Positions 16,280 to 30,300 of a stretch of 64,000 bases of DNA are shown here, one piece after another. Position 1 is the stretch's first letter. Each line of letters opens with the position of its first letter. Source of the stretch: Paraphysomonas bandaiensis. Taxonomy: Eukaryota > Protista > Chrysophyceae. The position numbers and the translations under genes were made by a program. The notes beneath the pieces were generated by a model that was given only the letters and a program-made list of their open reading frames with translations, searched no databases and was not told the DNA's origin. The stretch spans positions 62,001 to 126,000 of the forward strand of contig CBFFRP010000071.1 in assembly GCA_965644295.1 (NCBI GenBank), in the 5' to 3' direction.

Positions 16280-17005
16280 GAGTAGTAAATGTCTTATTGT
16301 TAGCAAGGCAACTACTTTCGCTGTATCACTCAAAGCAAACGCAGTGAGCAAGCAGAATGTTGATATACCTGACATTTGCTGACTTCAGGATTTTGGAGTC
16401 CTTAAGTAAGTATGGGAGTGTCTACGGACATGTAGTCCTTCAGTGTCAAGTGGTGCGATTGTTTAGGAGAACGCCCTTTGGGGTAGGGGTCCGCGACAAT
16501 TAATGGAGGGTCAGAGTTATGTAGATGGGAGGATAGTGTTCCAAGGTAAAAAGTAAGATGGTGCAGTACAAACTCTGATAACTGCTTGTGCGTCACCGTA
16601 AGCACCAACAAGGGGCAAACCAAGTGATCAACCATCTATAACTCAAAGCAAACCAAGTGATCAAGCATCAAGCAGAATGTTGATATACCTCACATCTGCT
16701 GACTTCAGGATTTTTGAGTCCTTAAGGTGAACTGCCCGGATGCTTGACTTCAGCAGGCAGCCCAATACCCGGTTACCCTTCAGGTGGGCCCATTCCCGGA
16801 TGCATGTTTATTCTTTAGGGCCCAAAGACAACTACACAAGTGACTCTTGTATTAGTGGCCTTTGTACCACACAAGAATTCGGCTGAGTGGGCAGAACAAT
16901 ATCTGCTGACTATATAATATGCGACTCACGTTAGTTTCCTGGAGAAATATCTCTGGTACTTATATACCACGAAAAGCTGCGAGTCAGACTTTGTTGAGGG
17001 CACTA
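16280..17005. mobile_element. Copy of the modular foldback repeat family (rearranged)
   Basis: Shares terminus agtagtaaatgtcttattgttagcaa and modules gcatccgggaatgggcc, tacacaagtgac and gagtgggcagaacaatatctgctgactat with the copies at 26 kb, 37.5 kb and 56.7 kb. Confidence 0.75.
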
Positions 17006-17206
17006 AAAATTAAGTAGCCGTTAATATTCAAATGTAATCGGCATTACTTGCAGTGCAAAATACAGCTCTGATTATTTTATATATTATAATATATATATGT
17101 CTGATTATGACAGCTCTACAAGTACTTTATGCATAGAACAAGATATCTATAATACGCCATGTGTTATCTCCAAAGAATCCGTGCTCCTCAGTCGAGATGT
17201 AAAAAG

Positions 17207-20200
17207 CTAGAAATATATTCCGTCATATTCATCAATCGTTTGCATTTCATCTTCTTCAATACTGTTCCGCATAATACCAATAAGTAACAACAACAAGGTA
17301 AGTTGCATCATACCTTATCGTAGTGCTCGTAGTACTTCGGCGATGTTCTATGTGCCTATTCTGCGATGGGTTAGAAGACGGGTGATCGTCGTGTACCTTT
17401 TTCAATACTTCTGGTACTTTCTGTGCATTGGAGACACATGTTATCTGCGCTATACGAATGCTTATGCTATACGTACCCTTAGCGTGTTCACCCTGGATTC
17501 GGAGTTAGACCTTGGTATGTTCGAAAGATTCGATCGGAGGTGTGCCAGGAAAGGGCTTGTTTCCACATTTTTAGATTGGTGACAACTATCTTCTTCCTCC
17601 TCTGCCCCATGGTTGGAGAGGTCTAAAGCCGAGTGGTACCTTCTTTCGTACAATGTGACGCGAGTCAGACTTTGCAACAACTCCATCACCGCGTCACAGT
17701 CATTTACATAATTCTTAGCTTCTGTATATTTTTTCCCCACCACAACACTATAGCACTTCACTGGATTTCGACTATTCTTCGAAGTTGCTTCCAGTCGATT
17801 CGCGGTCTCAAACATAGCTTCGTCGGTAACATCATCCCCAACAGTGAGGACAAAGTCAACGTAGTTGCCCATAGACTTAAGAAGGGAAAGGATGTGAGTA
17901 AGGAATAGACCTTTAGACAGCCCTTCTGGACGAATCTCGATGTATCCATCGTCAATACCTCCTCCTCTTATGATCTCCAGGGGCTGGGATGATATGATCT
18001 CTGTCAAATGCTCCTCCAGCTCCTTGCTTTGCATGAAACCGAATTCAGGGTCTGCGTCACGAAATTGCCATATTAGCGCACTTCCCTTTTGTTCAATGTA
18101 CGCGCCATGGGTACGTTGAGTGTATATATCCATAACTCTTCGCACAGCGTCCATCCAACTTGTGTCGTCGACAGATATCATCGTCTGCCACTTCTGCCGG
18201 TGGCCAGTGAGTACACTATGTTTCGGCAATCTGAAATAGCATCCATGCTCAGCAGCTAGTCCCAGTCCCTCAATCTCGACAAAGAACTCCTGCATCGAAC
18301 AAATATCCTTACCAGAAATAACAAACACGTGATTGCGAGAGTCCATACACAAGTCTTCCAGCATCTCTACTAGCTCTACGGAAGGCCCACCGCGGGTTGC
18401 ATGTCCAGTAGCAACCGCGTAAGCCTCGCAATTATCAAGCACATCCACCAACGTCCCTCCCCAATCCAAGAGGATCAAACGCTGTCTGGAGTTAGAGTAT
18501 GCCTTGGACATCTTCACAACATCAAGGGGACTAAATCCAGCCTTCAAACCAGAAACACGGTAATTGATTCCAAGACCGAGAGTGGAGTTATTGCAGTTGT
18601 CTACACTTTTTTCTACCTGCTTGAGATCTTGAAGAACTGTCTCAGCCCATTTAACAGTGGTAATACGGTTACAGAACTCGAGACTGCGACGAAAGCGAGA
18701 GTCGTGTTCGGTGGCTCCCATTGTTAGGGCACGTTTCAGAGCAGCTTTTACCTAAATATATAACACTAAGTTACCAATAAGTACATATATATATAAACAC
18801 TATTCCCAGGCAGATAACTACACTTTACATATTGTACTAAATTAGATTAGAATCGAGTCAAACGATAGAAGCCAGACCTCATCTGTTTTCCAAGGATTGA
18901 CAATAAGAGCCCCACGCATCACTCGTGCAGTACTCACGAATTCGCTGATAATCATAACACCTTCCCGAGTGGCAGTACCAGGGCTTTCCGGGAGATTTAC
19001 TGCGATTTCCTCAACAACCCTTCGAGCAATATCACGAGCGAGAGTGTACTCGATGGGAAGACGGTTTAATCCGTCTCTAAAAGGTGAACACAATTAGTAG
19101 TATACCAACTTTAAATTACTACACCACCTTGCAGATAAGACCAAGAGTATATCGGAGACACAAAACAAGGACAGCCGCTGAAATAGCTTCATTTGATTCT
19201 CTTTCCGCTCCTCATAGTACACAAGTCCGGGATATATCTTGTTAATGCGGTTCACTAAACAAGTGACGTCTCTCTGGGTTTGTAGGTAGTCTGATCCTCT
19301 CTCAGGGGCGGTAATACCTATTATTACAAATATCACTCTGTCGATATACCCTGGGTTCTCATTGATGAAATGCTCAATGGTCATCAGCTTAAGAGGGATA
19401 CATTTCAGCCGCTCCAGACGATCAATACCTAACACGCCCAATTACCGAATATTTCATAAAATAATATATTGTATCGTGGTAGTAGACTGGGCAGAATATC
19501 ATACCTGTGATAACTGTCTTTCCATTGAACTTCTTATGCCATGACATGACCTCTGGAACAAAGTCGTCCCTGCCGACCGCGTGAGAGATGTGTCTGTGAT
19601 CTACTCCCACATGCATGCAGGTGATGCATATCTTCCGTCCACCAGTCTCAACAACCAGGTTTCCCGAAGCATCAAACTCATAGTGAGTTCCCAACACACG
19701 GCGACATGTGGTAAGGAAGTGCCGAGCATACTCATAGAGGTGAAACCCCACCTGGTCAGCGCTCAGAACACCCTGCAGAATTTCTTCCCTACACCAAATG
19801 CTCTTCCATATCTCACTTGACGGAAAAGGGGTGTGTAGGAAGATGCCAATACGAGCACGTTGAATACGACGGCGGAGGAATGAAGGCAAAAGCATTAGAT
19901 GAAATCCGTGCACCCAAATGAGATCGCCTTCATGGTATACTTCCACCACCTTCGTGCGGAAGTGGTTGTTGACAGTGGTATATGTAAACCACAAATCTTT
20001 TTCATTTTGATGATTAAGACCATTTGGTCCCACAGCACCATACACATCACAATTATGATGGAGAATAGGCCACAGGTGTTGCTTGCAGAACACATCATAG
20101 AATTTTTTATGGGTATTTCTTCCGAGGAATATGGGAAAGCAGTTAATGCGTCGGAGAACTGCGGCAAGGGGTTCTTCATCTTCCGCTGCGATTTTTTCAG

Positions 20201-22312
20201 TCGTTTTAACTGTACCCACCCAAGATACGCGCAAGCGGGTCTCAAAAGAAAGTATATTCTCATTGTTCCATTCTGCTGTCCAGCACCCTCGTGGATCTTT
20301 CTTTACAAAAACAGGCAAAAAATAGGAAACTACTAGAACACTGTCGCTGGATCGAATGCTGTCGCTCGATTTTCGACTGACATCGGCCATTTTGCGAGCA
20401 CGGATTTCTTTCGCATATGCATGCACATTTATCGCGGTTCTTTGTAGCATATTGGATACGTCACGACAAGGTCCTTCATCTAATATATCTGACGTTGACT
20501 TTGTTGCACTATCAGAATATTCTAGATCAAGTGACCTCAGGAGTCGACCACCACCTTCATAACGAACAAACTTTCCACCGGAAAAAACTAAGTACCTATA
20601 TCGCACTGACAAATAATTCTCCGGTACATATACAGCTGCAGTAAACTGTGATGAGGCAGTGTAAATAGTAAATGAGCTCACCTTCTCTGTTGTACCACCA
20701 TGGAAACTCAGTTGGAGATGTAACCAACGGAACAGCACGATTAATATCATCGCAACCAAGTGACGGAAGATTTCCACTCAGTCTTATTTCTTCTCCATAT
20801 CGGGTATGAGCTCGAACCTATAAAAACGGCAATAAATTTTAGCGTGCAGGCAGTACGCACTTTCACCAAGTGTGGATTAAAGGCGAGAATCTAAATGGAG
20901 AAAACACAGCATATACACTCAGAGATACATAAACAAACTATGGAAGTATACATATAAAGGAACCAAAAGAAAATAAACAAATGTGTTACACACACAATAC
21001 AAAGCATATAGACACTGTATTGGAATGTAACCATTAGCATAGAAGACTAGGTATAAAATCGTACACTACCGAAAAACAAGAGAATAAACATCAAAAAAAG
21101 TATAGTATAAGTATCAGAGTAGAGGAGGGTGTGCAGGGCGTGTATCAGAGTAGAGGAGGGTGTACAGGGCGTGTATGAGAGTAGAGGAGGGTGTACAGGG
21201 CGTGTATCAGAGTAGAGGAGGGTGTGCAGGGGTGTGTATCAGAGTAGAGGAGGGTGTACAGGGGTGTGTATCAGAGTAGAGGAGGGTGTACAGGGCGTGT
21301 ATCAGAGTAGAGGAGGGTGTACAGGGGTGTGTATCAGAGTAGAGGAGGGTGTACAGGGGTGTGTATCAGAGTAGAGGAGGGTGTACAGGGGTGTGTATCA
21401 GAGTAGAGGAGGGTGTACAGGGCGTGTATCAGAGTAGAGGAGGGTGTACAGGGGTGTGTATCAGAGTAGAGGAGGGTGTACAGGGCGTGTATCAGAGTAG
21501 AGGAGGGTGTACAGGGGTGTGTATCAGAGTAGAGGAGGGTGTACAGGGCGTGTATCAGAGTAGAGGAGGGTGTACAGGGGTGTGTATCAGAGTAGAGGAG
21601 GGTGTACAGGGGTGTGTATCAGAGTAGAGGAGGGTGTACAGGGGTGTGTATCAGAGTAGAGGAGGGTGTACAGGGGTGTGTATCAGAGTAGAGGAGGGTG
21701 TACAGGGGTGTGTATCAGAGTAGAGGAGGGTGTACAGGGGTGTGTATCAGAGTAGAGGAGGGTGTACAGGGGCGTGTATCAGAGTAGAGGAGGGTGTACA
21801 GGGGCGTGTATCAGAGTAGAGGAGGGTGTACAGGGGTGTGTATCAGAGTAGAGGAGGGTGTACAGGGCGTGTATCAGAGTAGAGGAGGGTGTACAGGGGT
21901 GTGTATCAGAGTAGAGGAGGGTGTACAGGGGTGTGTATCAGTGTAGAGGAGGGTGTACAGGGGTGTGTATCAGAGTAGAGGAGGGTGTACAGGGGTGTGT
22001 ATCAGAGTAGAGGAGGGTGTACAGGGCGTGTATCAGAGTAGAGGAGGGTGTACAGGGCGTGTATCAGAGTAGAGGAGGGTGTACAGGGGTGTGTATCAGA
22101 GTAGAGGAGGGTGTACAGGGGTGTGTATCAGAGTAGAGGAGGGTGTACAGGGGTGTGTATCAGAGTAGAGGAGGGTGTACAGGGGTGTGTATCAGAGTAG
22201 AGGAGGGTGTACAGGGGTGTGTATCAGAGTAGAGGAGGGTGTACAGGGGTGTGTATCAGAGTAGAGGAGGGTGTACCTTGAATGTGACTTCTATTACTGA
22301 AGATGATGACAT
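17207..22312 (-). CDS. Bifunctional trehalose-6-phosphate synthase/phosphatase with an N-terminal CBM20
   Basis: Exon 1 (22312-22277, MSSSSVIEVTFK) splices to 20817 (VRAHTRYGEEIRLSGNLPSLG, a CBM20 start). GT20 motifs IWVHGFHL, FLHTPFPSSE, GIDRLE, RDGLN, ISEF. HAD motifs LDWGGTL and VGDDVTDE. Ends ...EYDGIYF* at 17207. Confidence 0.9.
21111..22276. repeat. 31/32-bp minisatellite, about 36 copies, filling TPS intron 1
   Basis: Unit gtatcagagtagaggagggtgtacagg(ggt/gc)gt repeated in tandem. Confidence 0.97.
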
Positions 22313-22495
22313 CAGATCTCTTGGAGGCTCACAGGGAGTTGTGGCAAGTGGATGTGTTGTAAGTGATGTATCGACGGTCAGAGAAATGGAGCTCTTTGCA
22401 GTGGGTTATATGTGTGCTTCGTACAGCTCCATACTCATATCAACATACACAAATAGGCCTACAATAGATACAAGAACATTGTACACTTCCTTGGT

Positions 22496-23030
22496 ACGTA
22501 CCTCTCTACGCACCTCTCTACGTACCTCTCTACGCACCTCTCTACGTACCTCTCTACGCACCTCTCCATGTATGTATGTACGTGCCTCTCTACGTACCTC
22601 TCTACGCACCTCTCCATGTATGTATGTACGTACCTCTCTATGTATGTATGTACGTACCTCTCTATGTATGTATGTATGTATGTATGTATGTATGTATGTA
22701 TGTATGTATGTATGTATGTATGTATGTATGTATGTATGTATGTATGTATGTATGTATGTATGTATGTATGTATGTATGTATGTATGTATGTATGTATGTA
22801 TGTATGTATGTATGTATGTATGTATGTATGTATGTATGTATGTATGTATGTATGTATGTATGTATGTATGTATGTATGTGTGTATCGCCAGTGTATTGTG
22901 TATAGTGTATTGTGTATAGTGTATGTATGTATGTATGTATGTATGTATGTATGTATGTATGTATGTATGTATGTATGTATGTATGTATGTATGTATGTAT
23001 GTATGTATGTATGTATGTATGTATGTATGT
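22496..23030. repeat. 12-bp repeat (cgYacctctcta) grading into a (TATG)n microsatellite
   Basis: Directly visible; lies between the divergent TPS and LRR genes. Confidence 0.95.
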
Positions 23031-23160
23031 ACGTTACTGTGTATATGGTAGAGGTGTACATGGTTCAGTAAGTGTGTATAGTTATGCGTATGGTGTGTTC
23101 GGAGGATAGATACATCGTCAATCTAATCTAATGAGAGACTCCTAACCCTCTCTCCACCCC

Positions 23161-25070
23161 ATGGACCCCTCTGATACCCCCCCTCACCCTCTCTCTCTCT
23201 CCATATACAATGACACCGTTGAATGCAGTGATCTCGTGTGTTATCTCTCCTCATCTGATAACACCCCTCACACTCCTTATCACTGGCTAACAAGCCCCCT
23301 CAACCCTCACTCTCTCATCAATCTAACCCTCTCTAATGTCCAGATTACATCAATTGAATTCATATCGTCTCTAGTGTCTCTTAAGTATCTGTCAGTGTCG
23401 TTCAACAGGATACACAGCATCGCCCCTATAAGCACACTAAGAGAGCTACAAGTCATAGATGTCAGTCATAATCGTATTAATGACATATCTCCACTCAGAG
23501 ATATTCCGAATCTAACAGTACTAAGATTACACTATAACTCTATTGAGTCTCTTGAGGCGATCCGCTCGTCCTCAGCTCTCATTGAGTTGTGGGTGGCTAA
23601 AAATCGTTTACAATTAGTTGATTTCTTACATCTTTTACAACTGACTAGTTTGCAACATATTGTTACTGAAGGAAATCCGTTCGAGGCCAAGCCCAAGTAC
23701 ATTGAATTCTTGCTTGCACTTTGTCCAAGTATTTTGACTGTGAATGGTGCTCCTGCCATTAGTTTGCTACCTGTATCAAATCAAAAGCATTGGTATAATC
23801 CAACAGAGTTTCTACGCACGACAGATGGACGTGTAATGCTTACCCAAGCTCGAGCACAGTTGACTGAGTCTCAGAGGGAGTTTTTGAACTCTTTGAAGAG
23901 TACACCACTGCAGGGCGTCTCTGTAGCTGCATCTGTGGACCTGGAAGGGGCAACGCATTGTCGAGGAACGCTGTACAGACGAGATCGAAATAGCATACTT
24001 CAAACAGACTCTGCATCAAGTAGTGGAAATTCCGGCGACGATTCTGTGCTAAGGGCTGTCAGTGAGGGTGGTAAGCCGATAAAGTACTTCAAAGCGAAAA
24101 AGAAAAATACTCCTAAGATGTTCATACAACAAAATACCGAACTTAGAAATACTGACTCTAGCTTACCCCGAGGTGATGCCTCAATTGTCCGCTTCGGAGA
24201 AGGATCAATGGCACCAGTGGCGGTCTGTGTTGAGGAGGACGGAACAGGTTATGCAAGGTAAGTGTTACTTCGCACTCAGTGTCGTCGTATGTATTATAGT
24301 GTAAATACATGTACTTTCGTTCATGATTTGGATTTTCTTCGTTTATGATTTGGGGTATACTCACCAGATGGGCGCGGACTGGTCCTACAGCGTGCTCCTT
24401 CGATAATCAACGGCTCTTTTCTTCCCACAAAAACGGGAGCATTGCCGCCGTTGTAGACCCAAGTGGTAATGGGTCGGTGATGACACCTGCAGGACGATGT
24501 GTACTCAACATCCGTGTGACAAAGGAAGGCCATGTTGCTGAGGAGCTAACGGAGGATGGGACGTTGATTCAAAATCACCACAGGAGAAATATAGAAGCTA
24601 CTGTAGAGGATAAGGAGGACGCCTCAGTGGAGCAGAAATCACAAGAGGGAGACTTGAATAACTCATCAGTGTGGAAGTTCGATGGAATGCGGGTGAGATT
24701 CGTTCCAAGTACTTGGGAGGTACAGTGGAAATATTTTGCGGGATGTCTATGTTAATACAGCTATTTGCTCGATAGGTGTGTGTAGAAGTCACCAATTCTC
24801 GTGTTACTGCGGAGTTTTCGAGCTTGAAAGGAGGCCGCATTGTTACAGGTATATCCAACTAAACGAATCGTAAAGATGTAAGTTTTGTTTCTGTCAGAGC
24901 ATAATGAGCCCTCGAAACCGAGGAAAAGTGGCACAAGTAGTAACAGAAGCAACGTTACCAAGAAAAAAACAGAGCTTCTTTCCTCTGATTCTCATGATAA
25001 TATGAGGGAGGGTTTGCAGTCGGTAATGTCGGCTCTAGACGATATGCTAGCTGGAATGAAAAGCAAATGA
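23161..25070 (+). CDS. Leucine-rich-repeat protein (SDS22-like LRRs plus LRRcap) with a C-terminal beta-rich domain
   Basis: LxxLxLxxNxI repeats, GNPF...YIEFLLALCPSI cap, three introns, stop at 25070. Confidence 0.75.
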
Positions 25071-25646
25071 AGCACCTCGCCATGTTGTATTACCTACACA
25101 TTGTAAGTATACTATCAATCAGAGTAATGGCTAAAGTGCTGTACATATTTACTGCTTTAGCGAAGGAACTATGTATCTGTGTACAAATAAAAATGACTAG
25201 ACTAGATGTTACCTTGCATTAAGTCTCCTGTGATTCGGTGTGATTTATATGACTGCTCTTATAATTCGGAACGATTAGTTGTTGGTTTTGCTGTTTGTGA
25301 ATAATTAAAAGCAGTATTTCTAAGGTATTTGAATTATGACCGTTACTTGAAGAATGCAGTTGAGGTTTACAGTATTACATTTACACATGAACTAATGTTT
25401 TGATCTGAATTATGTAGTGAAACTGAAATAGACTGTATAAGATCGTGTCTATCTGTAATCTGTTAATATTGATTAATAGTTGAGAGAATATAATTGTAGT
25501 GGTGAATATCAATGAATGATGAGAGATGACTAAATTTTAGTAATTGAGCATTGTGTAGTGTGTGTATACAGCGTTCAGTTGAATTAGTTTTAAACTGTCT
25601 TATTATGTCGAAAGTTGATATGAAAATCTTATTATTAGATTATTAG

Positions 25647-25978
25647 CAGGGCTGCGTATCAATTAATTGTCAATTATTGAAATTGCAATAGTTGAAATTG
25701 ACACACACAGAGAGAGGGGGGGGGAGTTTCACTCCTGTACCGTGTTAACCGTGACCATGAAAACTATTAATTTATACTGACCCTTACCCCTATGGTATTG
25801 CTGTGTATCACGTACAAGGGGTAAGGGTCAGTATAAATTAATAGTTTTCATGGTCACGGTTAACACGGTACAGGAGTGAAACTCCCCCCCTCTCTCTGTG
25901 TGTGTAATTGAGACAGCAAGTAATAATTGCAATTATAATTGACTACAACCTGCGTCAATTAATCGATACGCAGCCCTG
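25647..25978. mobile_element. hAT-type MITE
   Basis: TIR cagggctgcgtatc...gatacgcagccctg, with an 8-bp TSD attattag/attaatag. Confidence 0.85.
25701..25905. mobile_element. Near-perfect 205-bp palindromic MITE nested in the hAT MITE
   Basis: Arms 25701-25791 and 25817-25905 are identical inverses except for a G9 versus C7 run. Spacer is 25 nt; aattg is duplicated on both sides. Confidence 0.9.
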
Positions 25979-27366
25979 ATTAATAGCATTAGGCGTCGAG
26001 AATCAGCACCAGATAAGTAGCTAGATAAAAACTACTCAAGCCAGCTAGACTTCTACCTGTTACTAACTAACACAAATTCTCAAATCCTACTATATAACGC
26101 CACTTTCCTCAACAAAGTCGGACTCGCACCTTCTCGTGGTGTTCTGGGGAATAAGTACCGGAGATATTCTCTCTGGGAAACTAACGTGACCCGCAACATA
26201 GTCAGAAGATATTCTTCTGTCCACTCATAGCCGAATGCTTGTGTGGTACAAGGGACACCAATAAGTGTCACTTGTGTAGACGTCTTTGGGCCCTGAATAC
26301 ACAGGCATCCGGGAATGGGCCCACCTCAAGGGCAATATAGTAGGATAAAAAAAGTGTGTACTGATTAGTTACAGGTAGAGGTCTAACTAGTTTGTCTAGC
26401 ATTCATCTAGCTACTAAGTTGGTGCAGGTTTTTAACGCATGTTGCTAATAATAAGACTTTCAATATATATAACGCTACTAAGCTGCTTGTGCGTCGCTTC
26501 AGTTTTTATATGTGAGGGAGAAGATCGTTATGGACGTGAGTCCTTGAAGTGCAGATGGGGTTAAGTGTCAGGGGGGCGTCCCTTGGAGTTGAGCACTACA
26601 GGACTTTGTGGAGGCACAGGATTCTGAATTAGTGCGTCGAGTGTACCAGTGTACCTAGCCTGAGATACATGGGCGAGAGGGTGGATTGGGGAGCCGTCGT
26701 GTCTGAGATGGCGCGGGCCACGAGTTGGGCCTGGGGCAAAGAATCAGCTGGCGGAGGCTGCATCGTGGCTTTTCCACTTGTGCAGGGATTGTGGAAGAGG
26801 TGGCCGTGTGGGGCGAGCTAGGTCTCCTCTTTTTGTAGTTAAAATTTGAGTACGCAACCGTACTCATGTATTAATCAGACTTTCATATATTAAAATTTGA
26901 TATTACTGACGCATATAAACATCGGTGTATATAGTATATGTATATATCTTAGTGTATAGCCATGTGTTGTAGTCGTTGTGTACAGTGTTTGTTTGTATTC
27001 ATCTTGCCATAAAAATTTAGATTATACTACAAGATGTTGAACTCTTGTGAATCATAAACTTTATCCACTTGATCAACGAAGCCACATAATAGTTGATTCA
27101 GCATTAAATAAATTAGCTCTATCATATTATTAAAGAAAAAACAGATTTTTCAAATGGAGCGGCAAAACATCTACTATTAAAGCCCCAGTGCGCATCACAG
27201 CCAGTCCATCTCATAGGTTTGCACCAGGGTGATGTAAATTAATATAGTGGAGTATTAGAAACCCGTACACTCTTGCACACATAAAATGTCACACACATAC
27301 GATACGCCAATATGCAAATCATTTGCATAATGACTAAAAATCTCACGACAACACTAAAACAATAAC

Positions 27367-30300
27367 TTAAATCCTTACAGAATCCCATAATACTGTGCTG
27401 GATTCAGGATCCATTGCGCTCGACAGAAACTTTTTGCCGTCAGGGCTCCACTGAACGGACGTCACGGGGCCCATGTGACCCTGAAACGAAGCCAGTAGTG
27501 CCTTTTTCGCAAAACTCCACAGCATTATAATCCCATCGCAATCTCCAGATAGCAATAGCTCGTCATCCACACACCATGACACGGCCTTTACCGCCCGTTT
27601 GTGTTCGCGAAAGGTAAAATATACAGTTGTAGTTTGAATAGAGTTCCATATTGCAACCGTTCCGTCATCAGATGCAGAAGCAATTTTGTCACCAGCTTGA
27701 TTCCAACAGATCGCTGTTACTTTATTCTTATGCTCACTAAACGCTTTGGCCTTCTTGTCAGCCACATTCCATACTCTCACAGTGTTACTTAGGGAACTGG
27801 CAGCAATACTCTTACCGTCTGGGCTCCATTGGACATCGCTTATGAAGTAATCGTTAAACTTCTTAAGGGTGAACAGCTGCTGGCGTGATTGCATGTTCCA
27901 GACGATTACTGAGGAGTCTTTAGATCCTGTTGCCATATACTCATCATCCGGACTCCAACAGATGCTGTTGATATCCATCGAATGGCCACCGTGCAAAGTA
28001 GAACTCAATGCAGTCGTTGTCGATTGCCCATTGTTTCCATTTAATGATGATGGCACACTCCACACGACAAGATTCCCGTCGCGACATCCTGCCGCCAGGA
28101 ATGACCCTGTGGAATTCCAACCCAGTGCTAATACTGGCTTGTCGTGATTATGGCTGATAGCAGAGCCATTTTGAAAAGTATCCCATATATGCACGTAGCC
28201 ATCCTCACCAGCAGCTGCGATGTGACGCCCATTAGGGCACCATCGCACACAGTGCACGGCTTGCAACACTCTGTCATCTCTCTCAGTCGGATGTGCAATG
28301 TACGCCATGCCCTTCAGCCATGAAGTCTTTAAGAAGTTTCCATCTTGAGTGACAGGCAATTGCGTTATGTATTCCAAGAAAGCTGATCTTGCCACAGAGT
28401 GCAAAGGCTCTGCCGTAACAGTCGTTGGAATCATTAATTCTGGTGAGCCAGAAATACGATCTGAAGATCGTCGAAGCCACTTCAAATAGTGGTCAATCTT
28501 CGTGATGAGTTCCTCGTCACCTGAACCTTCGCATTGACAATCTTCTTCTTTGAGTTGACCAAGTATATGATCCAATAGAATTACAATGCGATGTCCTTGT
28601 CCACACTTCATTGATGCACAGATATTTTCAAAATTACACAGTTCATCCACTGCTCGATAAATTTGACCTGCATATGTAAAGTGACCAGCAGCTTCTTGGC
28701 ATCTCCTCAGGTTCACAACAGCGGATTGTATCCAGCAGGAAGTGCCCAGCAATAGAACTGGGTGAGATGATAACTTCTTTACTTCTCGCTGATGGACATT
28801 AACATCATTGCCGTAATACTGTCCCATAACTTTGTGAAGTGCCACTTTATTTACATTCTTCTCTCCAGCAAATCGTTCCTCTGCAAGTTGCTGAAACTGC
28901 TCATGGCGCCAAGACACACAACCGTGAGGTCGCTCAGATATTAGGTCCCCTAGAGTAACTCTTAGTCTTGCCCACACATGACAGGGTAGTCGAAACAGAC
29001 CCGGAAAGTCGTGAGTACACACAGCATAAAGGAGCTCGTCATCCATTGATAACATATCCTCCATTTCCAAGTCATCCACACCATGACATGAAAAGGTTAT
29101 GAGACTGAGAGCAATACGGGTCATTACCTCGCCACACTTTTGTTCAATATCATCCAGCACCTGAGAAAATATTCCACTCAAAGTTGTACCCAATTCAGGA
29201 GTAGAAGTATCACTGTTCCAATTTTGTACTACACGGGCTACGAGGCTAGCGTACAGTGCAGTAGGTTCTTCCGCTATTCGATTCATTACCATGTCCCATT
29301 GACTATCAGTGAGAGTCCGACCTTTGGATGCCAAAATCTTTTCAACAATAGTGTGTGCCTCGCATTGTTGATCCTCGGTCTTATCATCCTGAGAATCATC
29401 TGATGCTTTTGTAGGTGAATTCGCAACCTCAGGCAACTCAGCGCCACTTTCACGCGATTTCGTTGGCGAACTGACAGAAGTGTTAGATGGACCCATAGAG
29501 AGATCAGGAATATTTATTCTCCGAACTTTTTCATCACGCAATAAATTAGTAACACCCAAATCATCATCAGTACAGGTTGAAACAATAATGCGAGTGTCAG
29601 AGTGTACCACAATATCTTGAAGAAAGGATACTCCCCCAGTTATTTCGTCTACGGCATCCAGAACAAGCACAACCGCATGGGCACCAAGCAAATAGTTCAA
29701 AGCTTCCCAGTCTGTTGTACGTTGACCACATCTATTAGGCGGGGTTGCTGGACCCATCAGATACTCCATCTGAAGGAGTAGACTGTGGACAAGGACATCA
29801 CCCCGCGAACTACTATCACTGGTTCCACAAAAACGAACTATCACAGGCCTAGCTTTATATACTTTTTTCTTAACAGACTTACTGGAATTGCTAGCGGTCG
29901 ACATCTCTATTTCTTTGTCATATATCATTTGAGCAAGTCTAGCCATTAAAGCTGATTTTCCGACCCCATGATCTCCCGTCAGTACCATGGAGATGCAGTT
30001 ATATCTACCTGTGGACCTGTTTTCATCATCCTTACCTTTAATAACTGCTCTCGCCCTGGCATCTCGAGGATCTAACACAATTTTATTAGGCGTCTGTAGC
30101 ATGTCTAAGGATTGACGAAGAATTTCTTCGCGCCCTGCGAATGCTAGACACATATCATGCGCCAGCTTACAGTGATGTAAAAACTCCTCCACTGCTGCTC
30201 CGGGAAATCCCATACCACATCCAGAACTCTCCCAATTTTGTCGTAGGTGTATAATCGCTGAAAGCTCTTCAGTAAGAGCATCCAATGTGCGCTTCTCCCA

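Larger units (their letters stand above)
25620..26465. mobile_element. Foldback-family element with about 110-bp imperfect TIRs; left TIR interrupted by nested MITEs
   Basis: tgaaaatcttattattag[insert]cattaggcgtcgagaatcagcacc...cttctacctgttactaac is the inverse of 26355-26465. The interior carries the shared family module. Confidence 0.7.

Noticed and set aside
21349-23109. ORFs such as MYRGVYQSRGG and MYVCMYVC (also at 40.3-40.9 kb and 50.8-51.6 kb)
   Set aside because: They are translations of mini- and microsatellites.
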